64,000 nt of DNA from NCBI GenBank assembly GCA_048268245.1, contig JBLWVX010000013.1:1-64000 (forward strand), written 5' to 3'. This stretch comes from Arcobacteraceae bacterium. Lineage in GTDB: Bacteria; Campylobacterota; Campylobacteria; Campylobacterales; Arcobacteraceae. A program made the position numbers and the translations under genes. The notes beneath the pieces are model-generated. The model made no database searches. It was not told the origin of the DNA and worked only from the letters and a program-made list of their open reading frames with translations. Position 1 is the first letter of the stretch; every line of letters begins with the position of its first letter. Positions 29,200 to 40,009 of the stretch are shown one piece after another.

Positions 29200-31668
29200 T
29201 TATTCACCAAATAAAACATTCTCTTTTTGATGTATGATTTTAGATGTAAAGAAGTTTACAACTAAGATAGTAAGTATTGGTATTAGTAAGAAATAAAGCA
29301 CTAGTATATCAGCTCTAAAATCCCAATACGACTCAAAAAGTAAACTACTTATAAAATATGAACCAACACTTCCAAGTATGATTCCTATACTACTAGCACT
29401 AAGTGCTATCAGTCCAAACTCCAATAAAAATGAGTTTTTAATAGTCTTATTTTTTATACCTATCATCTTTAGTCGTAGGATGTTATTTTTTTGCAAGTTC
29501 ATTTGATACTGTATGATGATAAAACTCATTAAAAGCCCAATAGTTACAGAGTATAAACTCATCTTTTCAGTGATAGCTGTCACATCATCAACCACTGTGG
29601 CAAATGACTCAAATAAACTTTTCACATCTATTACCGTAAGACTAGGGAACTTATCTGTTAATGTAAGTAGCATTTTTGAAGTATCATACTCTCCTGTAGA
29701 GATAGTTGCTAGCATAGTTTTTGGAGCGTCATTTATAGCTCCTTCTTGCAGTAGTAAGAAGAAGTTTGGTGTAAACTCTGTCCATTTTACTGATCTTATG
29801 TTTACTACTTTAGCAACTAGTTCAAGTCCTAGTACATCAAATACTACTGTATCTCCTAGGCTTATACCTCTTCTTTTTGCATATCTTTTTTCAACACTCA
29901 TTTCAATAGGTTTTGAGTAATCAGCAGAGTCATAAACTCCACTAAATTCTCTACCTTCAAGTATTTGTTCACTTGGTTTTAAATCACTTCTGTATGATAG
30001 GTTTACTGTAGAGTTTCTTGCATTTTCACCTTCTTGTGATTGTTCTTTTCCATTTATTTTAAGAACTCTTGCTCTTATCATTGGAGCAATATTTTCAAGT
30101 TTTGCTCCCATGTTTTCAACTTGTTTACTTATGTCATTTAGTTGCTCTTCTTTTGCATCTACTACAAAAAATCTAGGTCTTTCTTGTACACTTTTAGTAA
30201 GTACATTTGATAAAGAACTTCCAACTTGTGGTATCAAACTAAAGAATGCAGTACATAAAAGTATCGCACTAAATAGTGTAAGTGAGGTTCTTTTTTGTCT
30301 TGTGATATTTTTTAGAGCCAGCGATAAAGCTAGGTTATCAAGATGACCTGAAAAATCAAATCTTTTTAAGATAAAAGAGCCTATACCAAAAAGTAGGGCG
30401 ATGATTACTAAAACACTTAAAGCAAAGAAAAATCCTATATTCTTAGCAGGTGTTACAAAGTGTGAAAGCACAAGTAAGAAAACTACAAAGGGAGTGAAGC
30501 TTAAGATAACTCGTGATAGTCTTCTTTTCTGTCTTTGAACTAGTGGTAGTATCAAAGGAAGCCCAATAGATAAACTTAAAGCAAAAAGTACCACAGCAGA
30601 CTTCACAAAAAACATATAATCAAGACTAAAATCAAAACTAAAGTCAATATACTTTTGAATAAGTGGTCCTATAAATTGCGCTGATAAACTTATAAAAGCA
30701 AACACCAAAACAGTTGCTATTGATATAAGTACAAAAAGATGAAGCAAATAAGTCATAATAAGATTTTTCTTACTAACACCTATATCATTTAAAACTGTGA
30801 TGTCTTGCTGATGTTTTTTCAAAAAGCCTGAATATAGATATATAAGTCCCACAAGTCCCAAGAAAAAGGAAATCAAAGATACAAGTGATAAGAAGTTTGT
30901 CAAGAAACTTAACACTGCTATAAGTCTATCTCGTCCATCATTTGGTGATAGAACTCTAAGACTTCTATCAAGTTTGGTTTCTATTTGCTCTTCTAACTCT
31001 TCTAGTTTGTCATTACTTAGGTTTTGCTCAAAAAGATAGTTTAGTTTATATCTAGCTGTTGAACCAAACTTTAGAAGTTCACTTCTTTCAAGACCTTTGG
31101 GACTTAAATATACTTTTGGCATAAAACCACTAAAGCTTATGTTTTTAAGGCTATCTTCTTTTATAACTTTTACTATAGTGTAGTTTTTGCTTCCTATCTT
31201 AAGATTACTTCCAAGAGTAAGTCCTAATAAATCTAAAACCTCTTGATATACCCAAACTTCATTTTCTTTTGGTAGGGCTTGCCCTTTTGGATAAGTAGTG
31301 TTATCTTTGAAAACTAAACCACCATAGTATGGAAAACCTTTGTTTATTTGTACAAGTTCCATAAGTCTAGCTCTTTTAGAAGAAGCTACCATACTTACTG
31401 TTGATATTCCCTCATCAAAGCTTTTGATTTGAGGAAGTAGGTTTTTTACTTGCTCTTTTTGGGCATCACTTATTGGAAATCTAGAGTTTACTACTAAATC
31501 AGCTCCAAGTAAACTTTTTGCTTTTGTATCAAGTGAAGTATCGATACTTCCTTTAAAAAACTGTAAGTAAGATAGTGAAGCAATAGCTAAACAAAAGTTT
31601 AGTATAAAAATAAGACTAAAGGATTTTGATCTTTTAAGGGCTTTTGAAACTAGTTCAACTACTAACAT
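29200..31668 (-). CDS. FtsX/YbbP-like ABC transporter permease
   Basis: LLGADLVV, FPYYG, two FtsX-like TM clusters, RSVKW..F.PNFF. Confidence 0.85.
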   Translation of the reverse strand: MLVVELVSKALKRSKSFSLIFILNFCLAIASLSYLQFFKGSIDTSLDTKAKSLLGADLVVNSRFPISDAQKEQVKNLLPQIKSFDEGISTVSMVASSKRARLMELVQINKGFPYYGGLVFKDNTTYPKGQALPKENEVWVYQEVLDLLGLTLGSNLKIGSKNYTIVKVIKEDSLKNISFSGFMPKVYLSPKGLERSELLKFGSTARYKLNYLFEQNLSNDKLEELEEQIETKLDRSLRVLSPNDGRDRLIAVLSFLTNFLSLVSLISFFLGLVGLIYLYSGFLKKHQQDITVLNDIGVSKKNLIMTYLLHLFVLISIATVLVFAFISLSAQFIGPLIQKYIDFSFDFSLDYMFFVKSAVVLFALSLSIGLPLILPLVQRQKRRLSRVILSFTPFVVFLLVLSHFVTPAKNIGFFFALSVLVIIALLFGIGSFILKRFDFSGHLDNLALSLALKNITRQKRTSLTLFSAILLCTAFFSLIPQVGSSLSNVLTKSVQERPRFFVVDAKEEQLNDISKQVENMGAKLENIAPMIRARVLKINGKEQSQEGENARNSTVNLSYRSDLKPSEQILEGREFSGVYDSADYSKPIEMSVEKRYAKRRGISLGDTVVFDVLGLELVAKVVNIRSVKWTEFTPNFFLLLQEGAINDAPKTMLATISTGEYDTSKMLLTLTDKFPSLTVIDVKSLFESFATVVDDVTAITEKMSLYSVTIGLLMSFIIIQYQMNLQKNNILRLKMIGIKNKTIKNSFLLEFGLIALSASSIGIILGSVGSYFISSLLFESYWDFRADILVLYFLLIPILTILVVNFFTSKIIHQKENVLFGE

Positions 31669-32324
31669 TTCTCTAAGTTTCCATGATTTAGTGAATAAGT
31701 CTGCTCACATCTAGCAGCCACATCTTTTGAGTGAGTTACTAAAATCAAAGTTGTATTGTTTTTTTTGATTAGCTCAAAAAGTTTATCCATCACAGCTATT
31801 CCTGTTTCTTCATCTAAGTTTCCACTTGGTTCATCTGCTAAGATAATCTTTGGATTATGTATCAAAGCCCTTGCTATTGCAACTCTTTGTTTCTCCCCAC
31901 CACTAAGTTCTGAGGGTAAGTGATCAAATCTATGTCCTAAGCCTACACTCTCCAAAAGTTCAATCGCTTTTTCTTTTGGATTTTTTATACCACATACTTT
32001 TGCAGGAAGCATTACATTTTCTAGTGCATTTAAATATGAAACTAGATGAAAGTTTTGAAAAACAAAGCCTATATTTGAAGCTCTAAAGTCGTTTATTTGC
32101 TCTTCTTTCATATCTTTATATGAAATACCATCAAGTAAAATATCTCCTGATGTTGGTTTGATAATACCTGAAATTAAAGAAAGTAGGGTTGATTTCCCAC
32201 TTCCTGATTTTCCCATGATAGCTACTCTTGCAGCTTCTTTTACATGAAAATTTAAATCTTCATATATTTTTACTTCAGTTGAGCCTTGAGAGTATGATTT
32301 TTTAAGTGATTTTATTTGTAGCAT
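31662..32324 (-). CDS. YbbA/LolD-like ABC ATP-binding protein
   Basis: GKSGSGKS, LSGGEKQRVAIARA, ADEPSGNLD. Confidence 0.9.
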   Translation of the reverse strand: MLQIKSLKKSYSQGSTEVKIYEDLNFHVKEAARVAIMGKSGSGKSTLLSLISGIIKPTSGDILLDGISYKDMKEEQINDFRASNIGFVFQNFHLVSYLNALENVMLPAKVCGIKNPKEKAIELLESVGLGHRFDHLPSELSGGEKQRVAIARALIHNPKIILADEPSGNLDEETGIAVMDKLFELIKKNNTTLILVTHSKDVAARCEQTYSLNHGNLEKC

Positions 32325-32932
32325 TATAACTCTTCCTTTAAAAAGTTGAAAACTTCATTTGCTATGATTTTATGACCTTTTGGGTTTGGATGTATACCAT
32401 CAGCTTGATTTAGTTCTTGTACTCCTGCCACATCTTTTAGTAAAAAGGGCATAAATTTAAGATTGTATTTTTCTTTGATTTCAAGATACATTTTCTCAAA
32501 TTTCCTTGAGTAATCAGGTCCATAGTTTGGTGGGATTAGCATACCTGCTAATAGTACTTTTGCCTTTGATTTTTGAGCATGAGTTATTATCTCTTCTAGA
32601 TTTTTTTGGCTTTGAGTAAGGTTTAAACCTCTAAGCCCATCATTTGCCCCAAGAGCAATAAATACAATATCAGGTTTTCTTTTTAGATACCATTTTAGTC
32701 TAGCAAAGGCATCACTTGTTGTTGAGCCTGAAACTCCACCATTTATAATTTTTATATTTTTATTTAGTTCTTTTTTTGCTAATTTTTGTACTAAGTTTGG
32801 ATAGGCTTGATTTTTTGATACCCCTAAGCCCTCAGTTAGTGAATCTCCTAAAAATAGGATAGTTTTAGTATTTGAATTTGCTGTTAAAATCTGTAGTGTT
32901 ATTATACATAGGATAAAAATTATCTTTTTCAT
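32324..32932 (-). CDS. tesA: SGNH/GDSL arylesterase / acyl-CoA thioesterase I
   Basis: GDSLT, LGANDGLRG, PPNYG, DGIHP. Confidence 0.88.
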   Translation of the reverse strand: MKKIIFILCIITLQILTANSNTKTILFLGDSLTEGLGVSKNQAYPNLVQKLAKKELNKNIKIINGGVSGSTTSDAFARLKWYLKRKPDIVFIALGANDGLRGLNLTQSQKNLEEIITHAQKSKAKVLLAGMLIPPNYGPDYSRKFEKMYLEIKEKYNLKFMPFLLKDVAGVQELNQADGIHPNPKGHKIIANEVFNFLKEEL

Positions 32933-32979
32933 GTTGATATGTTATCAAAAGTTTATTAACCAATTATAAAGAGATAATG

Positions 32980-34929
32980 TTAGTTGAAATCAAAAAGTGA
33001 TTCTTGTTTTTGTTTAAATGGCTCTATTAATTTATAAGCCTCTTTTATATAAAAGTCAAAGTCTAAATACTCATATGAAAAATCTTCTATTTTATTACAA
33101 AGTTCTACTTTATATCCTACATTTATTCCTATTACTCTTTGCTCACTTGTATTGTTTAGAGGAGGAAGAATCTTTTTTAAAGGAAGACCATTTTTACTGA
33201 TAAAATATCTTATGGTATTTGGAAGTTTCACATAGGTTTTCTCAAATGAATAAACTTTTTCAAGTACCAAATCTATGTGTTTGGTAGCTTTTGTATTTAG
33301 TAAAAAATCATATTTATTTCTATGATTATATATAAACTCTTCTATTGATACACCTTTTAAAAGATGTGCTTCTACTGCTTTTTGAACTACTAAGCATGAG
33401 TGGTTTTGATTCCAAGCCAGTTCATATTTATATGCACCTATTTTCTTTGCTTCACCGTTTTCTTTTAGGGCTATGTAGTTATTTACATCTCTAATCCATA
33501 GTTTTTTGTATATGGCTTCTTCTAGTTCTAGACCTGTAAACTCTTGCCAGTTTTTAGAAATCTCTTCGTATTTAGCTTTATCTTTTTTATCTATTTTAAA
33601 AGTAAGACCATCTGTATTTGCTTGAATAAGTGAAACAGAGTCTATACTCATAAGCTTTTCTGCTAACATACACAGCATTAGCTGTCCATTTAGAGTGATG
33701 CTAAGAGTCATTTTATAGTCATAAAAAGGACTAAATTGATTATTTGTGTCTCCATAAGCTGAGTTTAGTGCTAGTTTTAGCATCTTGTTTTGAGAAGTTC
33801 CTTTTTTATATGAAAACCTCATATCTCTTATTTCTTTGTATATATCTACAAACTCAACTCCTAGATGTTTAGGATAAAGTCCATTTTGTATCACAATAGA
33901 TGGATAATAGCTTGCAACATCCACATCTATGATAAGATACTCATCATTTTGGTCATAAAACTTCCCCTCAACACTTCCATGAAGTCCACCAGTTCCAAAG
34001 TAAAAAGAAAAGTCTTTATAGTTTAGATGTAAAGATGAAGCTTCATTTTTAGCATTTAGAGTACAGAATGAAGATAGTTCTTCTAAGTCTTCTTTTTTTA
34101 TATTTGAAAAAACTTCATTCATAGAGTTTGTATATTGTTTTTTTAGATATTTCAAAAGAGCTTGAAACTCAATACTCTCAAAACTTATGTAATCAAAAAT
34201 AATCTCACCAAAGTTCAAAAAGTTTCTTACCGTTTGTCTTGGCTTTCCATTTATATAACATATATCTTTGCCAAGTTTTTCTTCAAGATTTCGTATAAAG
34301 TATCTTTTCCCTATTTTAGTATCACTATAGTTAAGCATATTCTCATTATATTTTGAGCTCAAATTTTCTCTAAACTCTATGGCTTCTAGAGAGTGATTGA
34401 AAAAAAGTAGGGTTGCTTCAACATCATGTTTGTTGTATTTAATTAGATTATCAAATTCATCTGTCTTTAGATTCTCTCCAATAGTAAAGTTTAAATCTTC
34501 AATAGAATCCATACACATATTTACTTCTAAGACTTTTAGACTAACCCTTGTTGCTTTATAATCAAAGTTGTGTATTTTCATAAGGTCAAGTTGCTTTAGG
34601 TTTATAGAGTTTTTATCTTCTTTATAGATAGTGTTGTTTTTGATTAAATCATCTGCAAAAAGAAATGTTTTATAAATAAGCTCTTTTATTTCATATTTTT
34701 TAGCATTTTTATAAATATATTGAAGGACTGCATAATCAAAGTTTAGGTTATTGTATCCCACTAGTATCTTATTTGTTTTGCTAAGCCATTGTAGGGTTTT
34801 GAGAAGTTTTGCTAAATCATTTTGTCTTGAACTTAATTCAAAAACTCTAATCTCTTTTGTTTGAGCATTTTGCATAACACATGTAAAGATATTTGGAAAG
34901 GTTTCTAGGTCATATATGTAGTATTTCAT
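32980..34929 (-). CDS. Phage-type family B DNA polymerase with 3'-5' exonuclease domain
   Basis: ExoI YDLETF, ExoII YNNLNFD, ExoIII YNKHDV; polymerase motifs DVASYYP, KLALNSAYG, NTDG. Confidence 0.88.
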   Translation of the reverse strand: MKYYIYDLETFPNIFTCVMQNAQTKEIRVFELSSRQNDLAKLLKTLQWLSKTNKILVGYNNLNFDYAVLQYIYKNAKKYEIKELIYKTFLFADDLIKNNTIYKEDKNSINLKQLDLMKIHNFDYKATRVSLKVLEVNMCMDSIEDLNFTIGENLKTDEFDNLIKYNKHDVEATLLFFNHSLEAIEFRENLSSKYNENMLNYSDTKIGKRYFIRNLEEKLGKDICYINGKPRQTVRNFLNFGEIIFDYISFESIEFQALLKYLKKQYTNSMNEVFSNIKKEDLEELSSFCTLNAKNEASSLHLNYKDFSFYFGTGGLHGSVEGKFYDQNDEYLIIDVDVASYYPSIVIQNGLYPKHLGVEFVDIYKEIRDMRFSYKKGTSQNKMLKLALNSAYGDTNNQFSPFYDYKMTLSITLNGQLMLCMLAEKLMSIDSVSLIQANTDGLTFKIDKKDKAKYEEISKNWQEFTGLELEEAIYKKLWIRDVNNYIALKENGEAKKIGAYKYELAWNQNHSCLVVQKAVEAHLLKGVSIEEFIYNHRNKYDFLLNTKATKHIDLVLEKVYSFEKTYVKLPNTIRYFISKNGLPLKKILPPLNNTSEQRVIGINVGYKVELCNKIEDFSYEYLDFDFYIKEAYKLIEPFKQKQESLFDFN

Positions 34930-34936
34930 TGGTGTA

Positions 34937-34942
34937 ATTATA
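34937..34942 (-). promoter_or_regulatory. -10 box 7 nt upstream of the polymerase ATG (leaderless transcript)
   Basis: Minus strand TATAAT-tacacca-ATG, no SD sequence. Confidence 0.55.
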
Positions 34943-35037
34943 GTTTATATGAACTGTGTAGTACTTTATAGAGTTTAAAGAAAATAATATTCTATTATTT
35001 AATCATTTATATAATATTATTTTGTGAGGTTAATAAA

Positions 35038-35463
35038 ATGAAAGATAAAACTATTATTGGTAGAAGAGAGATTATCTCTATTTTGGATTTGGATTTATAT
35101 GATTTGGATGCGAAGGTTGATACTGGAGCTGATTCAAATGCTTTACATTGTGATGATATCTTTATTGATGATGAAAACTTTGTTCATTTTAAATTACTAG
35201 ATGAGGTACATCCAGCTTATCATGGTAAAACTATGAAAATGCCTTTGTATAAACTAAAAAAGGTAAAAAGTTCAAATGGTGTTGTTCAAGAAAGACCATC
35301 TATAAAAGTAAAAGTTGCTTTCTTTGGAAAAGAGTATAGTACTGTTATATCCTTGACAAATAGAGCTGATATGAAGTTTCCTATGTTATTGGGTCGATTA
35401 TTTTTAAAAAATAAGTTTCTTGTGGATGTTTCACAAGAGTATTTATCAAAACAGGAGAAGTAA
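35038..35463 (+). CDS. RimK-associated retropepsin-like protease
   Basis: [31 protein letters not shown]. Confidence 0.85.
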   Translation: MKDKTIIGRREIISILDLDLYDLDAKVDTGADSNALHCDDIFIDDENFVHFKLLDEVHPAYHGKTMKMPLYKLKKVKSSNGVVQERPSIKVKVAFFGKEYSTVISLTNRADMKFPMLLGRLFLKNKFLVDVSQEYLSKQEK

Positions 35464-36389
35464 TGAGAGTTTATGTATTATCAAGAAATAAAAACCTTTA
35501 TTCTACAAAAAGATTGGTTGAAGCTGGTGAACAAAGAGGTTGGGAAATAAAAGTAATTGACTACTTAAAGTGTACTATTGAAATAATGAAAGGTGAGTTA
35601 GTTATTAACTATTTAGGAAAAGTTTTACCAACTCCTGATGCAATTATTCCAAGAATAGGTGCAAGTAGAACTTTCTATGGTACAGCTATGGTTAGACACT
35701 TTGAAATGATGGATGTTTTTAGTACATCAGGAAACTTAGCAATTGCAAGAAGTAGAGATAAGTTAAGAAGTCTACAAGTTTTATCAAAAAATGGTGTAGA
35801 TATGCCAAAAACTGTATTTGCATCAAATATGTCAAGCTCGAAAGATGTTATAGAATTAAGTGGAGGAGCACCTTTAGTTTTAAAAATACTAGAAGGAACT
35901 CAAGGTGTTGGTGTTGTTTTAGTTGACAGTGAAAAAGCTGCAAAATCTGTACTTGATGCTTTTTATGGAATGGATGTAAACTTACTTGTTCAAGAGTTCA
36001 TAGAAGAAGCAGGTGGAGCTGATATCAGAGCTTTTGTTGTCGGCGGTGAAGTTGTTGGAGCAATGAAAAGACAAGGTGCTGAGGGTGATTTTAGATCAAA
36101 CTTACATCAAGGTGGAACAGCTGTTTCTCATAAACTTACAAGAAAAGAAAAATCAACAGCTCTTGCTGCTGCAAAAGCTATGGGACTTGGGGTTTGTGGT
36201 GTTGATATGATTCCTTCAAGTAGAGGTCCATTAGTTATGGAGGTTAATTCTTCTCCTGGACTTGAAGGGATTGAAAAATCAACTCAAATTGATATAGCTA
36301 GTAAAATTATGGATTATATTGAAAAGAATGTAACACCAATAGACCCAAATAAAAAAAGAAGAATAAAAAGAGATAAAATAGGTGTTTAA
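35463..36389 (+). CDS. rimK: RimK ATP-grasp alpha-L-glutamate ligase
   Basis: [36 protein letters not shown]. Confidence 0.93.
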   Translation: MRVYVLSRNKNLYSTKRLVEAGEQRGWEIKVIDYLKCTIEIMKGELVINYLGKVLPTPDAIIPRIGASRTFYGTAMVRHFEMMDVFSTSGNLAIARSRDKLRSLQVLSKNGVDMPKTVFASNMSSSKDVIELSGGAPLVLKILEGTQGVGVVLVDSEKAAKSVLDAFYGMDVNLLVQEFIEEAGGADIRAFVVGGEVVGAMKRQGAEGDFRSNLHQGGTAVSHKLTRKEKSTALAAAKAMGLGVCGVDMIPSSRGPLVMEVNSSPGLEGIEKSTQIDIASKIMDYIEKNVTPIDPNKKRRIKRDKIGV

Positions 36390-36412
36390 ATCTATAAAGA
36401 AATAGATGAATA

Positions 36413-36811
36413 TTATTCATCTATTTCTTTTTTTGTATACTCTTTTTCAAAGAAAGATGGACTAAATCTAACTGTTAAGATTCTAAAAATAAATAAAATA
36501 GCTATTATTCCTAAAATAGAGAAAACTTTAGTTGCATCAAATTTATCATTTACAATAAGCATAATATCTCTTATGAAAAATACAATTGTAGAATCTATCA
36601 TAAGTCTCATTCTAATTCTATTTTCATCACTCAATAAAAATTCAATAAGCATTCTAACTAATTCTAAAATAATAATAAACTCAAGAAGAGCAACTGCTAA
36701 CTTACTGAATGAGTTAATAGTATCAAAATCTTTTACAAGCATAAATAGTGTTAAAGCTATTATAAACTTTATTAGTGGAGGCATATTTTTTTCTACAAAA
36801 AAATTCTTCAA
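36413..36811 (-). CDS. PsiE-family membrane protein
   Basis: LLEFIIILELVRM...IDSTIVFFIRD. Confidence 0.7.
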   Translation of the reverse strand: MKNFFVEKNMPPLIKFIIALTLFMLVKDFDTINSFSKLAVALLEFIIILELVRMLIEFLLSDENRIRMRLMIDSTIVFFIRDIMLIVNDKFDATKVFSILGIIAILFIFRILTVRFSPSFFEKEYTKKEIDE

Positions 36812-36951
36812 ATAAATCCTTTTTTTCGGAATTATAATGGAAAAAAAGGATTTTTATTCTTAAAATAATCTTATAATAAAAATTTGTCTTTAGTTGTCTT
36901 TTCTTTGCTTATATCTAGTAATAAAACCTTCAATTAAAGAAGAAAAGTCTT

Positions 36952-37236
36952 CTAAAATATCTTCATCATCTCTTTGCTCTTGTGTAGTGATAAAATATCA
37001 AATTTATGTTTTGCATCATCAACAATAATCTCTATAGCTTTAGTATAGTTTTTTGATTCTTTTATTTGTAAAGACTCTTTTAAAGACTCAACTGTTTCTA
37101 TATTTGAAAAATTAGAACCTTTAAAGTATTTACTTAATTTTTTTAAAGAGTTTTGTGTATTTTCTTTAGTCATTTTTTTATAATAAACTGTTCCAAGTAC
37201 TAAAACTAAAAACAATACAATATATAAAATCTCCAT
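36952..37236 (-). CDS. Small hypothetical protein with N-terminal TM helix
   Basis: 94-aa ORF with AAGG RBS. Confidence 0.55.
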   Translation of the reverse strand: MEILYIVLFLVLVLGTVYYKKMTKENTQNSLKKLSKYFKGSNFSNIETVESLKESLQIKESKNYTKAIEIIVDDAKHKFDILSLHKSKEMMKIF

Positions 37237-37320
37237 GTAATACCTTTAATGTTTAATTAGATATTATCACAAATAAATTTAAATTAAATGCTAAATTATA
37301 AATAATTTACAAAAGTCATT

Positions 37321-38572
37321 TTAATTTTTAGAGTGTTTGCTTATAAGCTCTTTTAAAAGTTTAGTTTTAACAGGCTTACTTAAAAAATCAACTACTCCTA
37401 ACTTGTAAAACTCTTCTTTATCAGAACTAAGTGCATTTGCTGTAAATGCTATTATAGGTGGATGGTTACCTAATTTGTTTAGTTTTTCAATTGTTTCTCT
37501 ACCATCCATTAGAGGCATTCTATCATCCATAAATATTAGGTCAAACTCTTTTGGTTTATAATATTCTAAAGCCTCAATACCATTGTTTGCAATAGTAATA
37601 TTAATATTTGAGTCTTTTAAAATTTCTAAAAATAGCATTTGGTTTAACTCATTATCTTCTGCTAGTAATATATTTATTTCTTTGCAAGTATTATTTATCT
37701 CTTCTGATTTTTCTTCATCAGTTTTTATCTCTTTTTTATTTGATACAGTTATTGGAAAATTAAAACTAAAAATGCTTCCTAACCCTTTTTTACTTTTAAC
37801 AGTTAAGTCTCCTTGCATAATATTTGCAAGTGATTTACTAATTGGTAATCCAAGATCTGTTCCACCGTAAAGTCTTATTGTACTACTATCTTCTTGAGTG
37901 AATTTCTCAAAAATTAAAGATAGTTTCTTTTTCTTTTCTTCATCAAAAGTATCTGGTTAAATCCAATTATTGAGTTAAGAGGTGTTCTAAGTTCATGGGA
38001 TATGTTAGCTAAAAAAACTGATTTTGATTGACTTGTTTTATTTGCTAATTCTTTTTGTTTTAGAAGTTCTTTTACATCTCTATCAAGTTCATTTACACTA
38101 GCTTTATACATGATGATAATTAAAATAGCAAATATTATTAGTAGTATTACAATTTGAAGTAATAGCATTTTTAGTTGAATTTTTTCAAAGTTATCAAGTT
38201 TTGAAGTTATATTGTAGTAAAGCTCGATTGAACCTGTAAATTTACCATTTTTCATAAATGGAATATATATTTCAACTACATCTTGTGGAATAATTTTTCC
38301 GTCTTCTGCTTCCATTCCTTTTGAACTACTTTATGATAAATATTTCCTTTAGTTACTATTTCATAAAAAGGTTTACTTTTAGATTTTGTTCCGATTTCTT
38401 TTTTTATAGTTGAGGATTTAATATATCCATTTTCATCAAAGTATATAAGTTTATAAAAATTGAAGTCTTCATTCATAATATTAAAAAGTAAAGTTGCAAT
38501 TAGTATTAAAAGGAAAACTGCAAAAATAAAATTATTTCTAAAGGTATTTAAAAAAGTATTATTAAGCTTCAT
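37321..38572 (-). pseudogene. Fragmented hybrid sensor kinase/receiver
   Basis: Three ORF pieces: TM/sensor, H-box [13 protein letters not shown], then partial HATPase (YGGTDLGL) plus receiver; N-box region missing. Confidence 0.82.
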
Positions 38573-38670
38573 TTTTTAGTGTATATAAAAGTTATTTGTT
38601 CTGTTCGTTAATATTAGCTAGTTTGTTGTTAAAGTTTATTTAGTAGTTAAATTAAGGTTTATAAAAAGAG

Positions 38671-38700
38671 AAAATGGAGGAAAGGTATTACCTCCATTTT
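38671..38700 (-). terminator. Terminator of the TRAP operon
   Basis: aaaatggagg-N10-cctccatttt. Confidence 0.65.
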
Positions 38701-38725
38701 ATTTAGTTAAGATTTATATTTTTTA

Positions 38726-40009
38726 TCATCCACCATACATTAGATTAGGTAACCAAAGGGCTACTGCTGGGATATATGTAGTGATTAAAAGTCCTGCTAA
38801 GATAGTCATTGTCCATGGGAATGCTGCAACAATAACATCTTTGATACTCATTCCTGTTAAACCTGACGTTACAAATAAGTTCAGACCAACAGGTGGGGAC
38901 ACCATACCAAGCTCCATATTGATTGTAATAACAATACCGAAGTGAATAGGGTCAATTCCAAGTGCAACAGCAACAGGAAGTAATAATGGAACCATAATCA
39001 TAATAATTGCACTAGGTTCCATAAATGAACCAGCTAAAATTAGTAAGATATTTACCATTAATAAGAACATGTATTTGTCAACATTTGCTTCAATTAACGC
39101 ATTTGTAATTCCTTGAGGGATATTTTCAATTGTTAAGAAGTGAGCAAATAACATAGCATTTGCAATAATAAACATAATCATTGCAGTTGTTTTTGCTGAC
39201 TCTAAAGCAGTTCCCCAAATTTGTGTAATTTTAATATCTTTATAGATAAATACAGAAACAATAAATGCCCATACACAAGCAACAGCTGCAGCTTCTGTTG
39301 GAGTAAAGATACCACCATAGATACCACCAATAACAATTACAATTGTCATTAATCCCCATGCTGCATCTTTCATCTTTTGAAGTCTTACTTTTAATGGAGC
39401 TGGTTCAGTTCTTTTAAATCCAAGTCTAACAGCACCAATGTAAGTCACAACCATCATCATAATACCAAGCATTAAACCGGGAACAACACCTGCCATAAAC
39501 AGTTTTCCAATAGAAACTTCTGCTGTTACACCATATACAATAAGTACAATTGATGGTGGAATTAAGATTCCTAATGAACCAGCAGTTGCAATAGTACCAA
39601 CAGCATATCTTTTAGGATAACCAGCTTGCATAATTGCACCAAACATAATAGATCCAATAGCAACAACTGTTGCAGGAGAACTACCTGATACAGCAGCAAA
39701 AATAATCGATGCGAAAATAGCTGAAATTGGAAGACCACCTGGTAAGTGACCTACACACGCCTTTGCAAACTCAATAATTCTTGTTGCAGCTGAACCTTTA
39801 GATAATAAGTTACCTGCAAGAATAAACATTGGAATTGCCATAAGTGAGTAGTGCTCAACTTTTTCAAACATCATTGCTGAAATTTCAATAGGTGAAATAT
39901 GCGTAAATAACATTAAAGTTGTAAATGTTGCTACACCTAAACAAATAGCAATAGGAGTTCCAAGAATTACAAGGAAGAAAAATATACCAAATAATACGCC
40001 TATACTCAT
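38726..40009 (-). CDS. dctM: TRAP transporter large permease
   Basis: SGSSPAT, LGILIPPSI, GIFTPTEAA, PPVGLNL. Confidence 0.92.
   Translation of the reverse strand: MSIGVLFGIFFFLVILGTPIAICLGVATFTTLMLFTHISPIEISAMMFEKVEHYSLMAIPMFILAGNLLSKGSAATRIIEFAKACVGHLPGGLPISAIFASIIFAAVSGSSPATVVAIGSIMFGAIMQAGYPKRYAVGTIATAGSLGILIPPSIVLIVYGVTAEVSIGKLFMAGVVPGLMLGIMMMVVTYIGAVRLGFKRTEPAPLKVRLQKMKDAAWGLMTIVIVIGGIYGGIFTPTEAAAVACVWAFIVSVFIYKDIKITQIWGTALESAKTTAMIMFIIANAMLFAHFLTIENIPQGITNALIEANVDKYMFLLMVNILLILAGSFMEPSAIIMIMVPLLLPVAVALGIDPIHFGIVITINMELGMVSPPVGLNLFVTSGLTGMSIKDVIVAAFPWTMTILAGLLITTYIPAVALWLPNLMYGG

Noticed and set aside
34945..34975. Possible SOS box upstream of the polymerase (aactgtgtagtact)
   Set aside because: Has CTGT but lacks the matching ACAG half-site; no support from the sequence
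29200..36389. Prophage around the DNA polymerase
   Set aside because: Neighbours are cellular genes; no integrase, structural or replication genes and no att repeats recognised
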